Shown here: in pieces, positions 7,765-15,373 of the stretch
Layout of the letters: each line of letters opens with the position of its first letter
Numbering within the stretch: position 1 is the stretch's first letter
Assembly (NCBI RefSeq): GCF_000195975.1
Contig: NC_005070.1
Span: 1,710,001 to 1,742,000 of the forward strand
Origin: Parasynechococcus marenigrum WH 8102
GTDB lineage: Bacteria > Cyanobacteriota > Cyanobacteriia > PCC-6307 > Cyanobiaceae
Direction of reading: 5' to 3'
DNA length: 32,000 bases
Position numbers and translations under genes: made by a program
The notes under the pieces: model-generated
What the model saw: the letters and a program-made list of their open reading frames with translations, nothing else
Told to the model about the DNA's origin: nothing
The model's database searches: none

Positions 7765-9279
7765 TCATGCTGACTGCGAGGCCTGCACCTTTCCTCTCAC
7801 GTGCTCCAGGAAAGCCGTGCTGTCCAGCAGACGACCGGTGACCTGGCGCACCAGATCCTCCGCATTCAGAGCCCGTCCCACCGGATGCACGTGCTGCCGC
7901 AACCATCCCAGCAGTGGGGTGATGTCACCGCTGGCGACATGGTCCTCGGGGGCACCGATCTCGGAGGTCATCGCCTGGCACAACTGGGCACTGATCAGAT
8001 GTCCCAGCAAATAGGAGGGGAAGTAGCCGAACAGGCCCTCGCTCCAGTGCACGTCCTGCAGGCAGCCCTCGGCGTCGTTGGCGGGTGTTACGCCCAACAG
8101 TTCGCCGTAGCGGCGATTCCACTCCGCCGGCAGATCCGCCACGTCGAGCCCTTGCTCCAGCAGAGCGATCTCGAGATCGGTGCGGATCAGGATGTGGAGC
8201 CCGTAGCTGAGCTCATCGGCCTCCACGCGATTCAGGCCCGGCGCCAAAGGGTTCAGAGCCCGCCAGAGATCCTCTGCACCGTCAAGGGGAGCGCCCATCG
8301 CGGCGAATTGACGCCACCAACGGTCGGCGAACGGACGGCTGCGGGCCACCCGGTTCTCCCAGAACAGCGACTGGCTCTCGTGCACAGCCATGGACGTCGC
8401 CTGGCCGAGCGGCCAGGCAAACCATTGATGGCTCTGGTCCGGCAGACCCTGTTCATACAGGGAATGGCCCCACTCATGGGCCGTCGCCAGAAAACAGGAC
8501 AGGGGCTGACCTTGCACCACCCGGGTGGTGATGCGGTAGTCGGCAGGCCCCAGGGTGATGGAAAAGGGATGGGGCGAACGCGCCACACAGGTGATCGCGG
8601 GATTACGCCCCCAGCTGTTGAGCAGCGCGTCGCACAGCTGCTGCTGGGCTGGCTCCGGCAGATCCCAGCTGGCGGTCCGGGAACGGGGGCTAGAGGCGGT
8701 TTCAGCGACCAAATCTGGCAGTGCTTCTCGCAGGGGAGCAAACACCTCCTGCAGCCGCTTGAGACTGAGGTCTGGCTCAAACGGCTGGGCCAGGGTCTCC
8801 CAGCAGGATCGGGGCTCGGCCAGTTGACGGGCCTGTTCCTGGCGCAGCTGGATCAGGCGCTGCAGGGCTGGCGCGAACTGAGAGAAGTCCGAGGCAGACC
8901 GCGCCTGTTGCCACAGGTTGTATCCGCTTGCTTTGGCGGTTGCGAGGGCAGACACCAGAGCGGGATCCAGCGATTGCTGGCGGCGCAGATCCTCCTCCAA
9001 CAAATCGAGGTTGCGACCCCGCGGGCCAAGATCATCGGTCTCTGTCTGCTGGTTCCACTCCTCTCGCGCCGCTTGCACAAGGTCGGCGTACTGCGTGGAG
9101 CTCTGCCGGGCATGCAACTGGGTCGCCATCAGTGACAGCTGCTCGCCACGCCAGGCCGCACCACCAATGGGCATGCGGGTGTTCTGATCCCAATACAGCG
9201 TGCTCTGAATCGAACCGATGATCTGGGTTTCCCGGAGATGCTCACCGAGACGACTCCAGGCCGGTGATGCGGGCAGCAT
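7765..9279 (-). CDS. Carboxypeptidase Taq-type metallopeptidase (family M32)
   Basis: 504 aa. HEWGHSLYEQG zinc motif, GLHILIR, and DVHWSEGLFGYFPSYLLG, which is typical of M32. Confidence 0.9.
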   Translation of the reverse strand: MLPASPAWSRLGEHLRETQIIGSIQSTLYWDQNTRMPIGGAAWRGEQLSLMATQLHARQSSTQYADLVQAAREEWNQQTETDDLGPRGRNLDLLEEDLRRQQSLDPALVSALATAKASGYNLWQQARSASDFSQFAPALQRLIQLRQEQARQLAEPRSCWETLAQPFEPDLSLKRLQEVFAPLREALPDLVAETASSPRSRTASWDLPEPAQQQLCDALLNSWGRNPAITCVARSPHPFSITLGPADYRITTRVVQGQPLSCFLATAHEWGHSLYEQGLPDQSHQWFAWPLGQATSMAVHESQSLFWENRVARSRPFADRWWRQFAAMGAPLDGAEDLWRALNPLAPGLNRVEADELSYGLHILIRTDLEIALLEQGLDVADLPAEWNRRYGELLGVTPANDAEGCLQDVHWSEGLFGYFPSYLLGHLISAQLCQAMTSEIGAPEDHVASGDITPLLGWLRQHVHPVGRALNAEDLVRQVTGRLLDSTAFLEHVRGKVQASQSA

Positions 9280-9384
9280 CCGATTCAGTTCGTTTCTCCA
9301 CGGACCTTAACGAGATCCACCGGAACAGAACTGGCAGGGAACCCTTCTCTCGAGCCATCCTGAAGCTGTCGCGTCCGAACCAGC

Positions 9385-9483
9385 ATGCGCCGACTGCTGA
9401 TGTCCACGACCCTGGCTCTGGCCCTCCCCCTGGCGCTGTGGCCGCTCAAATTGATCTACCGCCAGCCGGCGGCCAAACCCTGA
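9385..9483 (+). CDS. Candidate 32-aa hydrophobic mini-ORF (MRRLLMSTTLALALPLALWPLKLIYRQPAAKP)
   Basis: ATG at 9385 and TGA at 9481-9483. Signal-anchor-like sequence. Below the track cutoff and no homology recognised. Confidence 0.2.
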   Translation: MRRLLMSTTLALALPLALWPLKLIYRQPAAKP

Positions 9484-9660
9484 TCAGCGGGCCTCGTCGT
9501 CAGCGACCTGATCGGCACTGGCGTCTTCCCCCTCCGCATCGGACTGGTTCTGACGCAGTCGCTTCAGCCAGCGGCCATAGGCAACGGTGCGGTCATCGTC
9601 ACTGCCATCGGTGACGCGCTCGGAGAACCCTTCAAACGGTGGTGTCGATCGTTCCTGCAC
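9484..9660 (-). CDS. Candidate small acidic protein (GTG start; VQERSTPPFEGFSERVTDGSDDDRTVAYGRWLKRLRQNQSDAEGEDASADQVADDEAR)
   Basis: This is the 3' part of track ORF 9484..9912. Only the portion downstream of the DCC gene stop (9743) can be independent coding. Codon pattern is GC3-rich. The start codon is uncertain. Confidence 0.25.
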   Translation of the reverse strand: MQERSTPPFEGFSERVTDGSDDDRTVAYGRWLKRLRQNQSDAEGEDASADQVADDEAR

Positions 9661-9742
9661 AGGGACAACGGGGATTTCACCGCATTGTGCGCTGGAGTGA
9701 ACAATGCGTTTCCGCAGGCCACGAAATCCGCATACCGCAGCA

Positions 9743-10168
9743 TCAACGGGAGGGGGTCTCGAGACGACACCGCTGCCGCTCGTCGCAGAGGCTGCCCAGA
9801 TCAGGCCGGCGTGTGAGCTGCAGCCGACGGGCCGCCCAGATGCCGTACAACCAGTCGACAACAGCTGAAAGGACGGGCCAACGGGTGGGGGCGTACAACC
9901 AGCCCAACCCAATCAGCCGATAAGCCTCGCGGAACACAGCAACATCACGCACCACCTCACCGGAGGCGGTGATGGCATGGATGCGACCCATGGCCTCTTC
10001 GTAGCTGATGCCCTGATGGGACTCAGGGTCGTAGTCCAGGGAATCGATATCAACAAAGCCCAGGGCGCCCCGGCGATCGCGTCCCCTGAGAAAGGTCACC
10101 TCACGCACGCACAACGGGCAGCCTCCGTCGAACAGCACGGTGAGCTCAGGAGAAGCAGACCTTGTCAT
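9743..10168 (-). CDS. DCC-family thiol-disulfide oxidoreductase (DUF393)
   Basis: LFDGGCPLCVREVTFLRGRD (CxxC), FVDI, then a hydrophobic C-terminal half. The start is taken at the ATG at 10168 (MTRSASPELTV), which overlaps the upstream stop. Confidence 0.8.
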   Translation of the reverse strand: MTRSASPELTVLFDGGCPLCVREVTFLRGRDRRGALGFVDIDSLDYDPESHQGISYEEAMGRIHAITASGEVVRDVAVFREAYRLIGLGWLYAPTRWPVLSAVVDWLYGIWAARRLQLTRRPDLGSLCDERQRCRLETPSR

Positions 10169-10425
10169 TCCCGCTTGCAGTAACCGCCACCCACGTTGAT
10201 CCATTGCGCTGGGCAATCGCGACCCTGACGGGGCTTCAGCCGCTCGACACGACGACCAAAACTGCAACAGCGGCCATTGCGGGTGTCGGCGTAACCGATG
10301 GGACAGTCTTCATTCAGCCTTGGCACCACACGCTGAGCAGCGGCAGGCACTGGCTCCAGCAACAGCAGAGCAATAACAATGACGAAACCCAGCAGCGCGA
10401 TGGTGGAACAACCAACAGAACGCAC
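10165..10425 (-). CDS. Small secreted Cys-rich basic protein (86-aa precursor)
   Basis: GTG start. Signal peptide ...ALLGFVIVIALLLLEPVPAAAQ. The mature part has two DCP-x10-C repeats (DCPIGYADTRNGRC and DCPAQWINVGGGYC). The stop overlaps the DCC start as ATGA. Confidence 0.5.
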   Translation of the reverse strand: MRSVGCSTIALLGFVIVIALLLLEPVPAAAQRVVPRLNEDCPIGYADTRNGRCCSFGRRVERLKPRQGRDCPAQWINVGGGYCKRE

Positions 10426-10460
10426 TACAAACTTAAGGAGCTCAGCGTTCAGCTTCTGCC

Positions 10461-11024
10461 ATGGCCTTGCAGCAGGTTCTGCATCAGCTCGAGCTGGCCA
10501 CCCAGGGCCAGGGTTTCACGCGATTGGATCGCCAGATCAACCAATGGCTTCTTGGCACCGGGCTCTGGCAGGGAATGCTGCATCTCAGCTGCCTTCACAC
10601 CAGCTGCAGCCTCACAATCAATGAAAACGCTGATCCACGCGTTCTGAACGATCTCGCCGACTGGATGGCAGACATCGTTCCCGAGTCCCGTCGCTACAGC
10701 CATGACGACGAGGGAGCCGACGACATGCCGGCCCACATCCGCACAGCGCTCACCGCTCAGACCCTGAGCCTCAGCGTTGACGCCGGCCAGCTGGTGTTGG
10801 GCACTTGGCAGGCGGTCTACCTCTGGGAGCACCGACGCCGTCCCCATCAACGGCGCGTGCTGTGTCAATTCCTTGGGGAACCAGCTGCAATGGAGACAAC
10901 AAGCAAAACCCTGAACCAGCAGATCCAGGCACGCCACGACCCCGAGGCCTGGGCTGCCGATGGAGGAATCGAAACGGAGGTGGACTTGTTGGTGGACCAA
11001 CTGCACGACCTGGCGGACACCTGA
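10461..11024 (+). CDS. YjbQ/UPF0047 family protein (secondary thiamine-phosphate synthase-like) with a C-terminal extension of about 45 aa
   Basis: HTSCSLTINENADPRVLNDL, HDDEGADDMPAHIRTAL, LGTWQAVYLWEHR. Confidence 0.85.
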   Translation: MALQQVLHQLELATQGQGFTRLDRQINQWLLGTGLWQGMLHLSCLHTSCSLTINENADPRVLNDLADWMADIVPESRRYSHDDEGADDMPAHIRTALTAQTLSLSVDAGQLVLGTWQAVYLWEHRRRPHQRRVLCQFLGEPAAMETTSKTLNQQIQARHDPEAWAADGGIETEVDLLVDQLHDLADT

Positions 11025-11059
11025 TCGACATCGGCCGAAACTGGCGGTGACTGTCGTGG

Positions 11060-11356
11060 ATGATCGCCATGCCCACCCTGCTCTCAGCGGACCAACGGCA
11101 GACGCTGCCGGCGACGCTGCCGCACTGGACCGTTCATGAGCAGTCCATCAGCCGGGAGCTGGTGTTCAACGATTTCAACGAAGCCTTCGGTTTCATGAGC
11201 CGGGTGGCCCTGTTGGCGGAGGGTCGCAACCACCACCCCAACTGGAGCAACGTCTATAACCGCGTGTCGATCACCCTCTCCACCCACGATCTGGGGGGGC
11301 TGAGCGATCTCGATGTCGAGCTGGCTGCAGCGATCGATCAACTGCTGCCAGCATGA
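11060..11356 (+). CDS. phhB: Pterin-4-alpha-carbinolamine dehydratase
   Basis: 98 aa. Complete catalytic signature E-x3-HHP-x5-Y-x9-H-x8-D within [32 protein letters not shown]. Confidence 0.9.
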   Translation: MIAMPTLLSADQRQTLPATLPHWTVHEQSISRELVFNDFNEAFGFMSRVALLAEGRNHHPNWSNVYNRVSITLSTHDLGGLSDLDVELAAAIDQLLPA

Positions 11357-11375
11357 CCGGAGAGGTCTTGATCGC

Positions 11376-12491
11376 ATGACGACCGCACCCGTCGCCTCCG
11401 GCACACCCGTAACCATTCTGAGCGGCTTTCTGGGGGCGGGGAAAACCACCCTGCTGAACCACATCCTCAGCAATCAGCAGGGGGTGAAAACCGCTGTTCT
11501 GGTGAATGAATTCGGCGAGATCGGCATCGACAACGATCTGATCGTGTCCACCGGGGAAGAAATGGTGGAACTCAGCAACGGCTGCATCTGTTGCTCGATC
11601 AACGGCGAACTGATGGAGTCCGTTGAGCGGATTCTGGAGCGCCCTGAGCCCCTGGATTACATCGTTGTTGAAACCACCGGACTGGCTGATCCACTGCCCG
11701 TGGCCATGACCTTTCTCGGCAGTGAGCTGAGGGACTCAACTCGTCTCGACTCGATCATCACCTTGATTGATGCGGAGAATTTCGAGGTGGGCCTGCTGGA
11801 CTCCGAGATTGGACGGGCTCAGGTGATCTATGGCGACATCCTGCTGCTGAACAAATGCGATCTCGTCGCTGAAGAGCGGCTGGCGGAGGTGGAAGCGGAA
11901 TTACGGGCCGTCAAAAACGATGCCCGCATCCTGCGGTCGGTGAAGGGGGATGTGCCCCTGGCCCTGCTGCTGAGTGTCGGCCTGTTCGAATCCGACAAGG
12001 TGGCCACGCCTGTGGAGGACCCAAGCCTCGACCACAGCGACTGTGATCACGACCATGGCCACTGCAGCCATGACCATGACCATGACCATGACCACAGCGA
12101 CGGGCATCACCACAGCCATGGGCATGACCACGATCACACCCATGGGCATGACCACAGCCATGGGGAAGACTCGGATCATCTGGCCATCGAAGGGTTCACG
12201 TCCCTGTCCTTCCAGAGCGATGGTCCCTTCTCCCTGCGCAAATTCCAGAACTTCCTGGACAACCAGATGCCCCAGGAGGTGTTCAGGGCGAAGGGGATTC
12301 TCTGGTTCAACGAAAGCGAGCGACGCCACGTGTTTCACCTCGCTGGCAAGCGCTTCTCCATCGACGACACCGACTGGACAGGCGATCGCAAGAATCAATT
12401 GGTGCTGATTGGTCGCAACATCGACCACACCACCCTGCGCCAGCAGCTGAACGCCTGCGTGGCAAAAGATGCCGGCAAGGGATTTTCCTAA
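11376..12491 (+). CDS. COG0523 (CobW/ZigA/YeiR-like) G3E GTPase metallochaperone with a His/Asp-rich linker
   Basis: Walker [16 protein letters not shown], metal motif GCICCS, NKCDL, His-rich insert, and a CobW_C-like C-terminus. The start is taken at the ATG at 11376 (MTTAPVASG). Confidence 0.9.
   Translation: MTTAPVASGTPVTILSGFLGAGKTTLLNHILSNQQGVKTAVLVNEFGEIGIDNDLIVSTGEEMVELSNGCICCSINGELMESVERILERPEPLDYIVVETTGLADPLPVAMTFLGSELRDSTRLDSIITLIDAENFEVGLLDSEIGRAQVIYGDILLLNKCDLVAEERLAEVEAELRAVKNDARILRSVKGDVPLALLLSVGLFESDKVATPVEDPSLDHSDCDHDHGHCSHDHDHDHDHSDGHHHSHGHDHDHTHGHDHSHGEDSDHLAIEGFTSLSFQSDGPFSLRKFQNFLDNQMPQEVFRAKGILWFNESERRHVFHLAGKRFSIDDTDWTGDRKNQLVLIGRNIDHTTLRQQLNACVAKDAGKGFS
12069..12092 (+). 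repeat. Perfect (CATGAC)x4 hexanucleotide repeat inside the COG0523 His-rich linker
   Basis: Read directly: catgac catgac catgac catgac, encoding (HD)n. Confidence 0.9.
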
Positions 12492-12528
12492 CCCAGCGAG
12501 ATCAAGGCAACCGCACTAAGGTGTCGCC

Positions 12529-12690
12529 ATGGAGAACACCCTCATGGCCGAACCGATCACGCTGTTGGCGTTGCTCGTGATCGTCGGTCTGCTGCTTCTG
12601 TTGCAGGATTCCGACGATGACAACAGCGGTGGCGGACTCAGAGAGCCGGTTCTGATCCCTGTGAGGGTGCGCGATCAACAGCGTCGATAG
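12529..12690 (+). CDS. Candidate 53-aa single-pass membrane protein (MENTLMAEPITLLALLVIVGLLLLLQDSDDDNSGGGLREPVLIPVRVRDQQRR)
   Basis: ATG at 12529 with AAGG about 10 nt upstream and TAG at 12688-12690. It lies between the COG0523 stop and a strong plus-strand terminator. Below the track cutoff. Confidence 0.45.
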   Translation: MENTLMAEPITLLALLVIVGLLLLLQDSDDDNSGGGLREPVLIPVRVRDQQRR

Positions 12691-12713
12691 GCCCAATTTC
12701 AAAGCCCACTCCG

Positions 12714-12743
12714 ATCCCCTGCCAACGGCGGGGGATTTTTTTT
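12714..12743 (+). terminator. Rho-independent terminator closing the yjbQ-phhB-COG0523 operon
   Basis: atcccctgcc aac ggcgggggat (10-bp stem with one G-U pair) followed by a T-run to 12743. Confidence 0.85.
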
Positions 12744-12790
12744 GCACGTTGTGTCACCTCGATCGCCCTGAGCGCAGACCACCCATCGCT

Positions 12791-12841
12791 ATTGCGTATC
12801 ATTCTCAAAACCAAAAAGAAGCGAATGCTTTTCATTCTCAA
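12791..12841 (+). promoter_or_regulatory. AT-rich futA leader with two copies of TCATTCTCAA, Fur-box-like
   Basis: Copies at 12799-12808 and 12832-12841, 33 nt apart. GCGTATCATTCTC matches 9 of 13 positions of the GATAATCATTATC core of the classical Fur box. TATCAT (12797-12802) is a possible -10 element. Confidence 0.3.
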
Positions 12842-13868
12842 CAAGCTCGTCAAGTTACGACGTACCGTCTCTGCGCTGGTGCTGGCCATCGGCGCCCTGC
12901 TCGGCGCCTGCAGCGGCCCGGAGACAACCAGCCAGATCGGCGTCTACTCAGGCCGTCACTACAACAGCGACAAAGACCTCTATGAGCGCTTCACCGAGGC
13001 CACCGGCATTCAAGTGAAGCTGCTGGAAGCCAAGGACGACGCTCTGATCGAACGGCTCAACACCGAGGGAGATGACTCCCCCGCCGATGTCTTGATCCTG
13101 GCGGATGTGGCCCGGCTCGACCGGGCCGCCGGCATGAATCTGTTCCAGACGGTCGACTCCGATGCCCTCAACCAGGCGGTGCCCCGCGATCTGCGTGACA
13201 GCGAGGGACGCTGGTTCGGCCTCACCCGTCGCCTGCGGGCCCCGATGTTCAACGCTGACCGCGTCAACGCCGAGCAGGTGAGCAGTTATGGGGCGCTGGC
13301 CGACCCCAGCCTCAAAGGCAAGCTCTGCCTACGCAACCGCCGCAGTGTCTACAACCAGTCCCTGGTGGCCTTCATGCTGGATGAACAGGGGCAGGCCGCT
13401 ACGGAGGACTGGATCAAAGGCATAGTGAACAACCTGGCGGAACCGGTTTTCAGCAGCGACACGCCGATGATCCGAGCTGTCGCCCAGGGGCAGTGCGGTG
13501 TCGCCCTGGCCAACAGCTACTACCTGGGCCGGATGCAGGCCGGCGACAAAGGGGAAGCCGACAGGAGCCTGTCGGGCAAGGTGACCGTGCGCTGGCCCGA
13601 TCCCGTGCACGTGAACATCACCGGCGGTGGTGTCACCCGTGCCAGCCGCAACCCCGAGGCAGCGCAACGTCTGCTGGAATTTCTCAGCTCGGATCAGGCC
13701 CAGGGTGGCTACGCCGCGGCAAACCACGAATATCCACTCAAAGGAATCGGGGAAGACCCGGTGCTGCAGGCTTGGGGGCCCTTCAACCAGGCCAAGGTGT
13801 CCGCTGAGCGTCTTGGCGAGCTGAACGCGCAAGCGCTCGAGCTGATGGCCGCCAACGGTTGGCAATGA
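12825..13868 (+). CDS. futA: Fe(III) ABC transporter periplasmic substrate-binding lipoprotein (FutA/IdiA)
   Basis: Signal peptide with lipobox LLGAC, then IGVYSGRHYNSDKDLYERFTEATGIQVKLLEA and the rest of the family body. The start is taken at the ATG at 12825, not the TTG at 12792. Confidence 0.9.
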   Translation: MLFILNKLVKLRRTVSALVLAIGALLGACSGPETTSQIGVYSGRHYNSDKDLYERFTEATGIQVKLLEAKDDALIERLNTEGDDSPADVLILADVARLDRAAGMNLFQTVDSDALNQAVPRDLRDSEGRWFGLTRRLRAPMFNADRVNAEQVSSYGALADPSLKGKLCLRNRRSVYNQSLVAFMLDEQGQAATEDWIKGIVNNLAEPVFSSDTPMIRAVAQGQCGVALANSYYLGRMQAGDKGEADRSLSGKVTVRWPDPVHVNITGGGVTRASRNPEAAQRLLEFLSSDQAQGGYAAANHEYPLKGIGEDPVLQAWGPFNQAKVSAERLGELNAQALELMAANGWQ

Positions 13869-15373
13869 GCCGTCGTCTGCTGACGCTGCTGGCCTCTGCC
13901 CTGGCACTGCTGGCCCTCTGGCCTCTGCTGCAGTTGCTGAGTCAGGGGCTGCAGGGTCTGCAGCAAGGGCTGGTGCAGCTTGGGCCGGATGGCGGACGTC
14001 AGATCCGCGGAACTCTCCTGCTGCTCTTGGGCAGTGCCCTGGGGGGCACGGTGATCGGCACCGCCAACGGATGGCTGCTGATCAACTGCCGTTTTCCTGG
14101 ACGGCGCTGGTTGCGCATCGCCCAGCTGATCCCCCTGGCAACCCCCGCTTATTTGCTGTCCGCCACCCTGGTGGATCTCGGCAGCCGCGCCGGTTGGCGC
14201 ATTCATGGTCTGGGCTGGGGCATCGCCGTGATGGCCCTCGCCACCTACCCCTACGTGTTTCTGCTGAGCACGGAAAGTTTTGGCATGAGCGGCAGACGCC
14301 AACTGGAGGCCTGCCGCAGCATGGGCATTGGTCCCTGGTCCGCCTTCCGGCGCGTGGCGCTGCCCATCGCCATGCCCGCGATCGGTGCCGGTGTGGCCCT
14401 GATGGGAATGGAGATCGTCAACGAGCTGGGGGCTGTGCAGCTGCTGGGGATCCCCAGCCTGTCGGCCGGCATCCTGGACGCCTGGCAATCGAACAGTGAT
14501 CCCACCGCCGCCATCAGCCTGGCTCTGGTCACGCTGGTGATCGTGCTGGGCCTGGTGGTGGGGGAACGTCGGCTGCGCCGTCGCAGCCGACGCTGGAGTG
14601 ATGGCGTCGCCGGCGGTGATGCCACCGCCTGGCCCCTGCACGGAAGCCGGGCCCTGGCCGCCCAGCTGCTGGGGCTGATCCCACCAACCCTCAGCCTTGG
14701 GATCCCTCTGGTCTGGGCCCTCGCCAATCTTGACCAGCTGGGCAGCAGCTTCCGCGACGACCTGCTGCCCCTCAGCCTGCGCAGCCTGCTACTTGGGGTG
14801 AGTGCCGCCCTGCTGGCCATGGCGGCAGCCTTGCTGCTGGCGATTGCCAAACGCTGGAGCTCGGCCGTTTGGCTGCGCAGCCTCACCTTTCTGGCCGGCA
14901 TTGGCTACGCCATCCCCGGCACAGTGCTGGCCCTGGCACTCCTGCTGACCGGTGCGCCCTGGCAACTCGCTCCGCTGCTGTTGCTGCTCTGGGGCTATAG
15001 CGACCGCTTTCTGGCAGTGGCGAAGGGCGGCCTCGATGCCGCCCTGGAACGGATCAGTCCCAACCTCGATGAAGCCGCCACAGGCTTGGGTTTCAACTGG
15101 CAGCAGGTGTTGCGCAGGGTCCATTTGCCGTTGCTGCGGGGTCCGATGACCGTTGGGCTGCTGCTGGTGTTTGTGGACACCGTGAAGGAATTGCCCCTCA
15201 CCTTTGCGCTGCGCCCCTTCGACTTCGACACGCTGTCGGTGCGGGTGTATCAGTACGCCAGCGACGAGCGGCTGGCGGCGGCACTGCTGCCGGCCCTGAT
15301 GATCCTGACGCTTGGTTTGGTAGCGGCGATGGCCCTGGTGCCGAGCCTGGATCAGGCCTCCAGCAAAGGCTGA
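13865..15373 (+). CDS. futB: Fe(III) ABC transporter permease, fused two-domain (FutB)
   Basis: About 500 aa and polytopic, with two ABC permease modules. The ATG at 13865 overlaps the futA stop as ATGA. Confidence 0.9.
   Translation: MSRRLLTLLASALALLALWPLLQLLSQGLQGLQQGLVQLGPDGGRQIRGTLLLLLGSALGGTVIGTANGWLLINCRFPGRRWLRIAQLIPLATPAYLLSATLVDLGSRAGWRIHGLGWGIAVMALATYPYVFLLSTESFGMSGRRQLEACRSMGIGPWSAFRRVALPIAMPAIGAGVALMGMEIVNELGAVQLLGIPSLSAGILDAWQSNSDPTAAISLALVTLVIVLGLVVGERRLRRRSRRWSDGVAGGDATAWPLHGSRALAAQLLGLIPPTLSLGIPLVWALANLDQLGSSFRDDLLPLSLRSLLLGVSAALLAMAAALLLAIAKRWSSAVWLRSLTFLAGIGYAIPGTVLALALLLTGAPWQLAPLLLLLWGYSDRFLAVAKGGLDAALERISPNLDEAATGLGFNWQQVLRRVHLPLLRGPMTVGLLLVFVDTVKELPLTFALRPFDFDTLSVRVYQYASDERLAAALLPALMILTLGLVAAMALVPSLDQASSKG

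Noticed and set aside
7801-9135. 444-aa plus-strand ORF
   Set aside because: It is entirely antisense to the M32 carboxypeptidase, which has unambiguous HEWGH and DVHW motifs. The translation is Arg/Gly/Gln/Leu-rich and low in complexity, typical of shadow ORFs in 60% GC DNA.
9661-9912. N-terminal part of the 142-aa minus-strand ORF 9484..9912
   Set aside because: It overlaps the 3' end of the well-supported DCC gene in another frame and is Pro/Gly/Ser-rich. Only the part downstream of the DCC stop is retained, as a low-confidence mini-ORF.
10162-10647. 161-aa plus-strand ORF (TTG start)
   Set aside because: It overlaps yjbQ and is low in complexity (QQQQSNNNDETQQ). The minus-strand alternative has a signal peptide, a repeated Cys motif and an ATGA coupling to the DCC gene.
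12502-12747. 81-aa minus-strand ORF
   Set aside because: It runs through a strong plus-strand-oriented terminator (T8 tail). The plus strand offers a 53-aa TM ORF with a sensible position in the operon.
13709-14641. 310-aa minus-strand ORF, and also 14251..14901
   Set aside because: Antisense to futA/futB. The composition is Gln/Gly/Ala/Pro-rich and low in complexity, whereas futB on the plus strand has a coherent polytopic permease sequence.
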